A stretch of 62,865 nucleotides of DNA, filler included, from Aduncisulcus paluster (lineage: Eukaryota): the NCBI GenBank assembly GCA_024181965.1. It is 8 parts of 8 records of this genome, joined end to end, with 100 filler letters (N's around TTAATTAATTAA, not from the genome) between each part and the next. Parts side by side here need not be neighbours in the genome. Positions count along the whole stretch, not along the records: positions 42,409 to 49,815 come from BQXS01010954.1; positions 49,916 to 55,616 come from BQXS01010955.1; positions 55,717 to 62,865 come from BQXS01010961.1; 5 more parts are not named here. The stretch is one strand, 5' to 3'. Position 1 is the stretch's first letter; every line of letters starts with the position of its first letter. This document shows, piece after piece, positions 45,401 to 56,748 of the stretch. A model generated the notes under the pieces. The model searched no databases. It was not told where the DNA came from and saw only the letters and a program-made list of their open reading frames with translations. The translations under genes were made by a program, and so were the position numbers.

Positions 45401-46855
45401 TGTTCCATTTCCAGACTATTGGCTTCCCTTGAGCTTCCATTTAATCCACCGTCATCTGTTGATTTCCTGTGTGCTCTCTCATCTTCAACATCGGGGTATG
45501 TCTTTATTCACGCGATAACTGACATTATTCCTTATGAACGTTGGATGCGAGTTCTCGGTGTGTTTTGCATTAATAACATACGCCAGTCAAATACTCAGAT
45601 GTGCACAAACATTCTTCGAGAATGTGTAGGGGAAGAGATGAAACGGAGGTTACACTACCAAAGGTTGCACTACCTCAAGGAAAAAGACCATTCTGCGACT
45701 CCTTCTCAAGATAGTAGTTCTGCAGCAACAGGCAGCGGAACAACAACGGAAGCATCTTGTTCCTCAGGTGTCGACAAAGATCATGGGATTGTTGGCATGA
45801 AGTGTTCTCCTGCTTCGCATCATGAGTCATTGGAGGGTGCAGTAGGAGGTCAACAACAACAATTTGCTATAGAGCAGTGTCCATTGCCGACATTCTTTTT
45901 TGAAGCTCTATGTCATGCATTTTCAAGTGATATCGTGTTTCTTTGCAAAGGAAAGAAGAGTAACTATGTGGTTCAGAGTGTCATCAAAGAAGTTGGGAGT
46001 ATAATTATGGATATTCCTTGTAGAGTCGTTTCTGATTTTGTCTCAAACATGGCTATCAAAACAATTCCTTCCTCTTATTCTCTCGGGGGTGGTGGTGATC
46101 GTTCTTTCTATGGTTTTCAGCCAAGATTGCCTCTTCCTTACACAATACTTTTGTCTTTTTTCACCTACATCACTGGATGTGTCGATGAAACAGCCCATGT
46201 AGCTGTTTATAACAGTGTATTGGAGACATTTGGGTTTAATTATGAGAGTTTTACATCTATGATGGGTTCTATTCCTTCTAAATTCTGTTCATCTCAATGT
46301 AGCTCCAAACGTGGAAGAAAACCAGATGATCTTTATAGGGATTCTGAGGTCTTTCTTACGAAAACGATGCTTGATTCTTCAGCTTCTTCAGCTTCTCCAA
46401 GTTATTGTGAAGGCAAAAGTAATTGTATAAGTTGCCAAAAACATGAAAAGGTTGAGGCTCTGTGCTACCCGGCTGGTATATCGTGTTTGTTGAACTCATT
46501 TATTGATTCATTTGTTGAGTTGAGCTGTCATAGTACTTCTTCCCACGTGTGTGAATGTCTTGTTCAGAAATGTGGTCCAAGTGTCCAGACAGTAGTTGTT
46601 GGAGGTCTGACAAAACCATGTGCTCGTAACGTCTTACATCGGCATTTTTCTGGACGTTTCAGTCGCTTATTCGCAGTTGCATACAGTGAGTTTGGTAACT
46701 ATGTTATTAACAAACTCATTCAGATTGTTCCTATTGATTTGGTGAGACTCATGGCTGCTGTATTGTTCATTGATTGTATTGGGAAACCTTTATGTACTCA
46801 ATCCAGTATTGTATTCGTGGTGAATGCACTCGAAAGACGGTTTAAGAGGCATTAA
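42409..46855 (+). CDS. Pumilio/PUF-family RNA-binding protein with long Ser/His/Gln-rich N-terminus; 5' end cut by contig
   Basis: C-terminal Puf-like repeats LCKGKKSNYVVQSVI, LSCHSTSSHVCECLV and VAYSEFGNYVINKLI. The frame is open from the contig start. Confidence 0.75.
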
Positions 46856-47699
46856 ATAATATATAAATATATATTATTACATTCTATTTTTAGGTTTTAA
46901 TATTTAGTATATTCTTTTCTAAATATATATTCTTATTCATATTCCCTCATTCTCCCTATTCTCGTATATTTTTAATAATAGTTTCCTCAAAATCTCTAAT
47001 TTTATCAAATTGAATATTATATATTTTTTTTTCAAACAAAAACATTACGGACAGTTACCTTTCCTCTTCTTTCTTTCCTTCTTTTATTTAAACAATTTTG
47101 TTTTTTTTTTAATTTTCATTTTATTTATTATTGATTTAATAATACTTTTATTGCTATTTTTTATTGCCCTTTTTTTTAGTTATAAATTTTTCTTTTATAG
47201 TACAATATTCATCTCAAATTGATTTCCTATTTTTTTAATTATTAATAATTATTATTATTACTACGCAACAGACCCCACACGTCCATCAAACATAATAATC
47301 GTCTGATAATGGAGCTCTCTAATTCGTTAGGTTTATTTATTTTTTATTATTTTTTTTTTTATTTATTTTTTTTAGATCTCTCTCCCCTCCTCTTATCTCT
47401 CAGATGTTTCTCAACTTGACTATTTTTAGATTATGGACCCTTTTTTTATTATTCCTTTATTTCTCCGATATTATTATTATCTAATATCACATATCTCAGC
47501 TATAGTATCCATAGCTATAGCATAATTTTTCAACTGTTTTGTTTGTCTTGAAATTGTCAGAATTAGAAAATATAAATGTGATATCAGAAACAATAATTGT
47601 TTGGCCATCATTCAAAATAATATTTTGGAATAATGAATTATTACACAATCTATTTAGTTGAAAATTTTGTTTTTGTTTTTCGGAATTTCTTATCATTGA

Positions 47700-47734
<35 letters not shown>

Positions 47735-49202
47735 ATATATTTTTTTTGTCGAATTGGATCGGTGAATTTCTATTTTTAGAATCACATAGTTTGTTCTCAT
47801 AGTCCAGAACAGTATATTACGATAGTACCTTCCTTTAATTTTATATATCTTTTTTCTTTGTTTCTCTGCGTGTTGTCTTCTTCTTTTTTGAAATGAGATA
47901 TAAATTTATTTTATTTTGACCAAATTTCAATCGATTTCTGTTGTGGCTTTATAAAAAGTTATTATCGCTCATGAATGATAAATATTTCATTAATATCAAA
48001 TTCTTTGCTCTCAGATTTTCTCCCTACACCGTGAACGCAATATTTTCAGATGTCATCGTTATTGATCTCTCCTTTCTATTTTTAGAAAAACTATTTTTAG
48101 ACTCATTATTATTATTCTTCGGATATTCAATATTGTTTATCCCTATTTTTTTATTTTCCTTAATTCTATTATATTTTCTTCTTGGTGGTACGGTTACCCT
48201 CTGTCATTTATCCTAGAAACTTGTGTGGGTTAATCTATTTATTTATTTATTATTTATTCATATATTTATATTTATATTTATATATATATTTATTGCCCAA
48301 AATGTTTGTTTTTCTTTTCCTTTGGATATGTTGTCAAAAAGAAAAATATATACCACTATCCCCGAACGCTTTTTTCATGCGATTATTATTATTACTGTTA
48401 TTTGTTTCACTTCTCTTTTGATAAAAGATTTTTATTCTATTTTATGATCTATTTTTGGAATGGAACAACAAATTTGACCGAAATCAGCTAGTGTCATCAC
48501 CGACCTTTTTATTTTTCTCCTAAGTTAATTAATTTAATTATTTTTATTATATTTTTGACTCGGAGGGGTTTATTCAATTGTGATTAAAACACAATACACA
48601 ATTTATTATTATTTATATATTTTTTGTAGTTTTTTTTTTTTTTTTTGTCTTATTTTGGCATTATTGGCACTCTCTTCTCTCTTTATTTTATTTGTCGTAC
48701 ATGTTTTTAAAAGTTTAAATAATTAAATTTTTTATTATTTCTTGTTTTTTTTTTTTTTTTTTTTCCCGCTTGATCGTTCGCTCGGACCTCCAGCATAATA
48801 ATTCAACTCGAGCGTGGCAAAACACGGGTCATAATGTGATGGCTAATTTCTAAAGTATTTAAAATCTTCATTAAATATTTTACTTTTCTTCCAGGTTTTT
48901 CTGAGCCTTTAATATTTTATTTTTACTATTAATTGTATTGTAGAGTCGCTTTATAATCGTGCTCTAAATCACTGTAAAGTAGTATCATTTTGTATCCTTT
49001 TCTTGTTCTTTGAAATTAGTAAAGTCGAGTATCGTTAGATCTATATTTATCGATCTCATTCAGAACTCAGAAGAACCTCGACTAAATCATGAACAGCACT
49101 GATGTAACAGCAGGGAAAATAATAAGAACGATAAGAATTAGAACCAAAAAAAAAAAAAAAACATAGACAGTCTGTGATAGACTGATACGATTAATGAACA
49201 AG

Positions 49203-49583
49203 TCATAGAAAACAAGTGAGTGCAACATTATCAAGATCTATAGCGAACTCTTGCAAGAAAATCTGATTTGGAGGCATCTCTTCCATTTGATATTCTTTTG
49301 TTATCTTCTTTCCATCTGATGTTGTGAATGTGGCATCGAAATCTTTGATTCCAGAAGGGTGGCTATGATTACTTACAACAAACTTACTGAGATAATGAGA
49401 GTCTCCATCACCTCTTAATAATTCCAATAAATCAGAATGTTTATAATCACTGTGATAATCCCCATATGCTTTGGATTCGTCAATTTCAGATAGATCTGGA
49501 TGACCCACAGGGTAGGGGCCTTTGTACAGTTTGGTAGACTCACCAAATCCTAAATCTTCAACACATTTGCCAATAATTCTCAT
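49203..49583 (-). pseudogene. Truncated or divergent relative of the expanded family
   Basis: FTTSDGKKITKEY...QEFAIDLDNVAL resembles FTDCDGKKISKKYEF...FLPIDLDNVV, but it ends before the domain is complete. Confidence 0.55.
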
Positions 49584-50151
49584 CACAAACAATAACACAA
49601 CTATGGATTATCCAATATCAAATTAAATAAAATAATAAACACCAATAACCTTCCAATTGCAAGGAAAAACACATTTTTACAATTGTCTTGGAACAGAACA
49701 ATAATATCCAAAATCGATGTTTCTTATCATTATTAATATATAGACGTAATAATAAATCATTTATTTTGTAAACACATTTGTTCTCCAAATAAGGCGTACT
49801 CAGACATTATTGACANNNNNNNNNNNNNNNNNNNNNNNNNNNNNNNNNNNNNNNNNNNNTTAATTAATTAANNNNNNNNNNNNNNNNNNNNNNNNNNNNN
49901 NNNNNNNNNNNNNNNAGGGTTTTTCTTATTCTGATATGAATCTTTTCCCTTAAAGTGGAGGTTTTTCTTTTGTCTTCAAGACGGCAAGATTTCTTGCTAT
50001 CCTTTTTCTTGAAGAGAGAACTTTTCCTCCTTCCATTGGTAGGGTGTTTTTAATTTTTTTTTACATCCTCCCTTTTTTTTGGCTTTTTTTTTTTACGACC
50101 GCTTCCCCCGTCCGTTCCGGTAATTGGCTTTCTTTTTTTTTTTTTTTTTTT

Positions 50152-50408
50152 TGCTCAGCATGGAGCACTTCAATTACCTCCGTGCTGAGCAGGTCACGAT
50201 GCTCGGTCTCTCTCTGCCAGAGCCGTGCTCAGGTAGGGAGATGATGGAGAGATGTGTTCGTCGACATAGGGAGGCCCTGGATTCATTATTCCCTCGATTA
50301 ATGTTGAGGCCAATCTATGAACAGCAGTGTTGTTTTGGACAGTATCTTCTTTTCGAGGGGAAGAGTATATGCGATTTATTCGTTTCCTGTCCCAAATAGC
50401 ACATGGCT
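50152..50408 (+). mobile_element. End of a GC-richer repeat element sharing a 105-nt structured terminus with the SelD 3' insertion
   Basis: 50303-50408 is the reverse complement of 4643-4747. A 14-bp hairpin TGCTCAGCATGGAG/CTCCGTGCTGAGCA spans 50152-50191 after poly-T. A 79-aa ORF lies at 50160-50399. Confidence 0.55.
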
Positions 50409-50651
50409 GCAAATGAAGTAGTTGGATAAATAAAGATTATATTTTAATGTATTCGAATATTATTTTGCAGAATTACTATATTTACAGTATAATACCAAGT
50501 ATTATTAAAGCATCTACTTTGTTTTTTAAATATTGATTTCCGGAGTGGTATGATTCAAATTTGGGCATTTTTGAAAAGAAAATATCTTTAACAATATCCA
50601 TGAATAAAATATTTCAAAATTTCAAATCCATATTTTTTATCCAATTGAAAA

Positions 50652-51188
50652 ATGGACATATTTCCATATTTTGATCGAATGATGCCTTCTGAGCAAACTT
50701 CCTCGTCAGTGTTTGTTAGAAAACAAGCTCATGATATATTATTTGCCACAGCTCCCGATGGAAAAGCGAAATTAGGTGAAGTATGGGCGAAATATAAACA
50801 ATCCTTAAGAAAAGGATCTGATGTATCCGAACAACATGAAACTAGAGATTATAGAGAAGCCACATCAACTATTTCTGAAGAAGATGGATTAAGTATTCAA
50901 GATTTAACACAATCTTTTGGAACTCGTTCCCCTCGTATTGCTGCCAATGCTGTCCGAGCTACAGGATATGGAGCACCCAAAGTCGTCATTCGTGAACCTG
51001 AAGTTCGTGATGATATTCCCTCGGTGATTGCTAGAAAGTTTCCCGTATCTGAAAGGAAATTGGAGGCTTTTACTTCGTTTTTACACACAGCTAGTTGCAG
51101 TGAATTGTCAGCCATTCCTGATGAATATATCATACAGCTTTTAGGTCTTGCCCAAGCCATAAATTCACGATTTAAGATTCAAAAATGA
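50652..51188 (+). CDS. Hypothetical protein (178 aa)
   Basis: ATG ORF with coding-like composition between AT-rich flanks. Confidence 0.7.
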   Translation: MDIFPYFDRMMPSEQTSSSVFVRKQAHDILFATAPDGKAKLGEVWAKYKQSLRKGSDVSEQHETRDYREATSTISEEDGLSIQDLTQSFGTRSPRIAANAVRATGYGAPKVVIREPEVRDDIPSVIARKFPVSERKLEAFTSFLHTASCSELSAIPDEYIIQLLGLAQAINSRFKIQK

Positions 51189-51382
51189 ATTTATTTCTTG
51201 TACTTTAGTTTCAATATTTATCTTTGTTCCAAATAAAAATTCTTTTAGTTCAGAATTAGGGAATTGTATTTTATATATATTTTATATATTTTATGAAATC
51301 ACTGATTCGATGGCATCGATTTGGTCTATTTTGATTCTTGTGGAATCTTTTTTCCGTATATTCGTTTGTGATATGTTATTCA

Positions 51383-52951
51383 ATGGATTTTTCTGCCCCT
51401 TTATCAATTGTGCCCTCCCATTTTTGTGGATATGAAGCTTGGGAACATAAACTTGTTAAAATCGATTCAAATATTGAATTTGTTCAGTTTTTACAGGATT
51501 CCATGATAAACAAATCTATTGAGATGGTTTCTAGCGATATTATTGAATTTTTGTCGAAAAGGAGTGAGTTTGTTACATTAATCCTTCCAGCCCTTAAATA
51601 TTTTGTATCTCAAACTTCTTCCCTGTTTCCCGCACCAATATATCCATTTAAGCCGCATAAAATTGCTCTAAAGGAAGAATTTCGTGATGAAATCAAGTGT
51701 GTTCCTGAGTTTTTTCTCCCCGTCTTTGGTTCAGATATAGAAACCATCCTTTTAAAACAATGGTCATTCTCTAAACAACAAACAATATGCTTAGTATGCC
51801 ATATGTTCTGTTGTTCTTTCCCCTTTGTCTTTAACGTGGATGAGGTCTGTGGTTTCAACAGGTATTGGGAATGCATCAAATATCCAAGTGCCCAAGCCCA
51901 TCTAACAATGGCGATGGATTATATAAAGCTTTGTTTTTTGTCTCCTACTTATATTTCTGATCCCACCTCTATTCAAATCAATCGTGTTCTCCTGTGTGAT
52001 TCCCTATTTTCAACTTTTATTTCTTCTCTGAAAGATCATCGTTTCCATTTAAAACATTTCAACGTTCTCGATGAACTTATTTGTGGAGCATTTGATCGGC
52101 CGCTCTCTACCCTCATTTTTCATCACGATGGATATATTGGGTGTTACGAGTGTCCATCGGATGTTGAACTTGACTTTGCACATCGTTCAATTGGGTATGG
52201 GCCGTTTGCAACCCAAGAAGAGATTGTTTTTGGAACCATGCCAGAAGCGTGTATTGCTCCACTAGTCAATACGTCTATGAGCGACTCTGAAGCCTGTTGT
52301 ATTAGGGGGACAACTCACATTGGCCAAGGAATTGGGTATGCTAAATCATACAAGTATAAAGGTGTGCATGGTGATATTTCTCGTGAATGGATTGAACTTC
52401 AATCACATTCACCAGAACAGTTTGTCCTTCATTCTGTACCAACAGATTATATAGATAAGAAAACGTTGAGACATCCTTCCATTATGTGTGTCGATGCTAA
52501 ATGTTATGGTTATGAAGATTCTTTGAAATGTCAGGTTGGTGATATCCATCGAGATTTGCAGAAATATATGTGTGGCATTTTGGCATCCATGTTATCTGTA
52601 CAATTAAGTGAATGTCATGAGCACCCTCCCGAATTAAAATCAAAAACTCCCACATACGACGGAAAGCCTGTAGAATTTTCTCAGATTAATTCGTTGGGAA
52701 CTGGTCCTTGGGGTTGTGGTGTCTATGGGGGTGATAAACAACTTAAATTATGTATTCAAGTTCTTGGATCTTCGTATTTTAAGGTGAAATGTCTCCATTA
52801 TTTCACATTTGGGGAAAAGAAAATTCAAGATCAATGGGATATGTGGAGGGGAAAACATAACATCACTTCTGCTGGAAAACTCTTCGAAATATTGGAAAAT
52901 TACAAGAAATATGTTAAACATGGAGGTAAAAAACAAATATTTGAATTTTAA
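51383..52951 (+). CDS. PARG: Poly(ADP-ribose) glycohydrolase (PARG, eukaryote-type)
   Basis: ELDFAHRSIGYGPFATQEEIVF...PE and TGPWGCGVYGGDKQLK match PARG VDFAN..GGG...QEE and TGNWGCGAFGGD..LK. First ATG at 51383. Confidence 0.9.
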   Translation: MDFSAPLSIVPSHFCGYEAWEHKLVKIDSNIEFVQFLQDSMINKSIEMVSSDIIEFLSKRSEFVTLILPALKYFVSQTSSLFPAPIYPFKPHKIALKEEFRDEIKCVPEFFLPVFGSDIETILLKQWSFSKQQTICLVCHMFCCSFPFVFNVDEVCGFNRYWECIKYPSAQAHLTMAMDYIKLCFLSPTYISDPTSIQINRVLLCDSLFSTFISSLKDHRFHLKHFNVLDELICGAFDRPLSTLIFHHDGYIGCYECPSDVELDFAHRSIGYGPFATQEEIVFGTMPEACIAPLVNTSMSDSEACCIRGTTHIGQGIGYAKSYKYKGVHGDISREWIELQSHSPEQFVLHSVPTDYIDKKTLRHPSIMCVDAKCYGYEDSLKCQVGDIHRDLQKYMCGILASMLSVQLSECHEHPPELKSKTPTYDGKPVEFSQINSLGTGPWGCGVYGGDKQLKLCIQVLGSSYFKVKCLHYFTFGEKKIQDQWDMWRGKHNITSAGKLFEILENYKKYVKHGGKKQIFEF

Positions 52952-53345
52952 CGCAAATAATTATGGAAGATATTGATGAAATAATGAATCTCGGATTATC
53001 AGTTGCTATCTTGTGGCGAGATGCTCTATTTTGTCTGAGTTCATAGTCTTTTGATCAAGTGGACTGCAGAAATTAGTAAAATTGGATAAATCTCCCATGA
53101 TTCCTGGGATTGTTGTTTTGCAAAACTTTTGATCAAAAGTATGAGTGTTAATGGCTGCTTGGCACATTATTCACACTAATTATTTATTTTTATCAATAAA
53201 TCAACAAAAATTTGTGTTATTTGCTTATAGTGTCTCTTGACCCAAAATTCAATCATTTTCTTCTGTGGTTTTCTTAGTTGTTTTCTCTTGCCTTAAAGAG
53301 TTTGAATCAAACCAATTATATTAAAATTTTATACATTTCAACATC

Positions 53346-54620
53346 ATGCCCGAATCTGAATTGACAATCGCAGAACAATGCTTTATTCATCCTCCACCTC
53401 GCAAAGGGACATTCAATACTTTTAAGTGGGATCAGAGTCAAAAACTCCATGGAGATGATGTTTTACCAATGGGAGTTGCTGATACTGACTTCCCGCTGTG
53501 CCCTGTAGTTAAAGCACGCTTCGTAGAAATATTGGACTCTTATCCGTTTTGTGTTTATCAGTCGGCAGAATTGGATGATAGAGCATATGAAGCTGTTTCA
53601 AAGTGGTTTGGAAAACACCATGGCTTGAAATTTGAACGTTCTCGGATGCGTTTATTATGTTCCGTGTGCAATTGTTTTGTGGCAACAGTCTTGTCCTATA
53701 CTGAAGTGGGCGATTCTGTTGCCCTCTGCATGCCGACTTACTTTTGTTTTAAGCCACATGTAGAACGCCATGGTCGTGTTCCGCTTGAGATCCCACTCAT
53801 TCTCGATGAAGATGGTCGTTATTGCTTTGATTTCCCAACAATCGAGGAACTATTTGCCAAGGACTATGCATTAGGAGCTGAGAAAAAAATTAAACTCCTC
53901 GTTTTGTGTTCTCCAAACAATCCCACTGGAACTGTGTGGACTTGCGCTGAATTGAGAAAATTGGACGAATTATGTTTCAAATATGATGTCCATGTAATTG
54001 CCGATGAAGTCCATGCCCCTATCGTTCGCGAAGGCGTCGAATTCGTTCCTTTCCTTTCAATCTCTCCTAAATGTCGTCACACTTGGGTGAGTTCTCCTTC
54101 TAAAACGTGGAACATGTGTAGTGCGCAGAGTGCCGTTGTTCAGTGTGATACCGATGATTCAGTTCTGAAATTTGGGGAGACTTTGAAGTTGCTTGCAACA
54201 TGGGGAAGTAATATCCTTGGACGTATGATGCTCACTGCGGCGTATGAGGTTGGAGAGTCTTATCGTCAAGAATTAATCAAACACATATGGAAAAACATGG
54301 AAATCTTCTGCTCCAAAATGGAATCCATGGGCTTTGTGTGTCCTGTTCCTGATAGTACTTTTGTTGTGTGGTGTGATGGATCCGTTATTAATGAGATCAT
54401 TACAAAGAAAAGAAAGGAGTTGAAAGAAGGAGAAGAAGATACATTGCCTCCATTATTTGAGTTCCAAAGTGTTCTGGATCATGCTCGTATTCTTTCAACA
54501 TCAGGACCTTGCTTCTCCTGGAAAGACGACTGTGTTAGGTTCAACCTGGCAACCCCCATGTATAATATTCTTGAGGCAATCAAACGTATAGAGGCAGTTT
54601 GGGGTGATATTTTTTTATAG
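53346..54620 (+). CDS. PLP-dependent C-S lyase, PatB/MalY family (cystathionine beta-lyase-like)
   Basis: Motifs KWD, DDVLPMGVADTDF, LCSPNNPTGTVW, ADEVH, SPSKTWN (PLP Lys) and VRFNLATP. Confidence 0.9.
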   Translation: MPESELTIAEQCFIHPPPRKGTFNTFKWDQSQKLHGDDVLPMGVADTDFPLCPVVKARFVEILDSYPFCVYQSAELDDRAYEAVSKWFGKHHGLKFERSRMRLLCSVCNCFVATVLSYTEVGDSVALCMPTYFCFKPHVERHGRVPLEIPLILDEDGRYCFDFPTIEELFAKDYALGAEKKIKLLVLCSPNNPTGTVWTCAELRKLDELCFKYDVHVIADEVHAPIVREGVEFVPFLSISPKCRHTWVSSPSKTWNMCSAQSAVVQCDTDDSVLKFGETLKLLATWGSNILGRMMLTAAYEVGESYRQELIKHIWKNMEIFCSKMESMGFVCPVPDSTFVVWCDGSVINEIITKKRKELKEGEEDTLPPLFEFQSVLDHARILSTSGPCFSWKDDCVRFNLATPMYNILEAIKRIEAVWGDIFL

Positions 54621-54892
54621 ACTTCCTATTGTCAATCGCCGCCATGATCTAGTATATTATTGTAAAACTATGAAATAATTAATTTTGTTTTTCTCGTTTC
54701 CTGTTGAATTATGTTTTATTTTCTTTTTTTCTCATGATTATCCAGTGTCAAGTGGGATCCATAACATCATTTCATTCTACTGTATCTGTTATTCTATTTT
54801 CAAATCTGAATTTGGAATATCTTTTCTACCACATATATTCATGACCTCTTCATTGAATGAAGCTTCATTCGAATTATTTTCGGAATAAACTC

Positions 54893-54953
54893 AACGAATC
54901 AATATCTTGTTGTTTGTTGTTGTTAGACGCCCCGACCGAACGAATCAATATCT
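54893..54953 (-). mobile_element. Ultra-short insertion CGGTCGGGGCGTCT-A(ACA)n (31 nt) with 15-bp TSD AACGAATCAATATCT
   Basis: Direct repeats at 54893-54907 and 54939-54953 flank insert 54908-54938, which is homologous to 41408-41442. Confidence 0.8.
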
Positions 54954-56748
54954 ATTTCACTATTTTCCAATGTTTTGCATCATGCAAACTGCATGGGGTT
55001 CGATGACTCTCAATCCTTTTGAAATCATTCAAATATCTCGATAATATCTGAACATATTCTTTTATATTTGTCTTCAAAAATGGTTTGGAGATATTGATGG
55101 CGCTGCAAATGCTGATTCGAACTTCCGTTTGAAACCAACGTCGGTTGAAATGAAATAAATGGTATATTCTTGCCCAATAATCAGTTGAATTTAAAAATAT
55201 GATATTTATTAAAGTTGTATTATATGTGTTAATGATTAGCTCGAAACATCGATTTGTTCTATCCAGTAGTGAGGGTACGATGGAGTGGAAAGTCAAAAAT
55301 GATATGAAATAACTCTTCAGATTGAACCCAATGGTGCCCATACCATCCAATATGATCAATGATTACATCCAAGAAACAAACTCTGCCAGGACTGATCCAA
55401 TGGACCAGAACTCCCATAGTGCAGACTTTCTTCAAGTATATTGTCAAGATATATCGGATAATACCAAAATACACGTCATGATGATTATCACTACTAAACA
55501 GTATATATAAGATTGGTACAGAGAGATGATTTACAGATTCTTGATGGCATCAATCATTCCAATCAATTCTACGAGTTGTTTATATAGCTGCTCTCGTTGT
55601 GAAAGAAGTTTTTCTGNNNNNNNNNNNNNNNNNNNNNNNNNNNNNNNNNNNNNNNNNNNNTTAATTAATTAANNNNNNNNNNNNNNNNNNNNNNNNNNNN
55701 NNNNNNNNNNNNNNNNGACATAAATCTCCTGAAACTTCAAGAAAAATAGGATCCTTCCTTTGTTTAATCTGGATAAGAAATTGGACGAGTTAACACAATA
55801 TTATAAGTATTTTATGATATAATCCAACGTTATTATATCAATAAAAAGAAATGGTTGGAATTATCAATCCATCCACAAAGAATCCACAGAACCTGGTGAA
55901 CATACAGTTTTGGAGAATAAACCCATGATAATGCAAAATATTCAACTTTTTATCGGTATATATACTTATAATTCCAAATATTACGAAGAGTAATCACGGA
56001 GGCTAAGAAGAAATACTGTAATGTTAGCAAAATCGTGATGTGTTTTGTGTATCTTGATACTTGATGAGATGATGAAACATCCATGTCGTTAATAAAATAT
56101 ACACATTCAATTTATGACAGATCTAAATATTTCTCATTGCTCGATACTTCCAGAAGTTCTTTCTATTCATCTCTCGCTTCGTACACCTTTTTTGTCAACA
56201 TCACTTCCGTCTTATATGCGATGATCTGAGAGTTTATTGTATATTTATTCCGAGACAATGTTTACTTCGATGTTTGTCCTGTTGTTTCAGGGTCTAAAAC
56301 ATCAATTCATTCGTTCCGTCCATTCTGTCCATTCCGTCCATTTTATGGTATATTAATTGATGACACGCGTGTGAAGATCTGTGATATTTTTCAGTACTCA
56401 ACAAACACAACTCATCCAACACACTGCCATACTTGAAGGTGTTATCATCTCATCCAAGATAGATTGATATCTCTCTCTTCTTGTCGAATCTAATGATCTT
56501 ATTCCAATGGATCACTCATGAAGGTATTATTATGCACAACATATCGTGTATATCTATCGTTTCTAATCCCTATTTGAATAACTTTTTCAAGGATTGAATC
56601 CTTATTACTGGACTCGAGGTGCATATTCTGATAGATTGAAAATAAAAACTCCATTCCTTCCCCAAATTTATCAAGTCCCTTTCCATCATTTTTATTTCTC
56701 ACAATTATTTCTCCCTCAAAATGTATTTTACTTTTTTTGGTACAACTT

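Noticed and set aside
46856-49200. Short Phe/Ile/Leu-rich ORFs in AT-rich DNA, and antisense ORFs overlapping real genes throughout the window
   Set aside because: By-products of T-rich composition or shadow frames, with no motifs.
54954-56500. Possible decayed pseudogene fragments on both sides of the last linker
   Set aside because: Composition looks ex-coding, but no family could be assigned from sequence alone.
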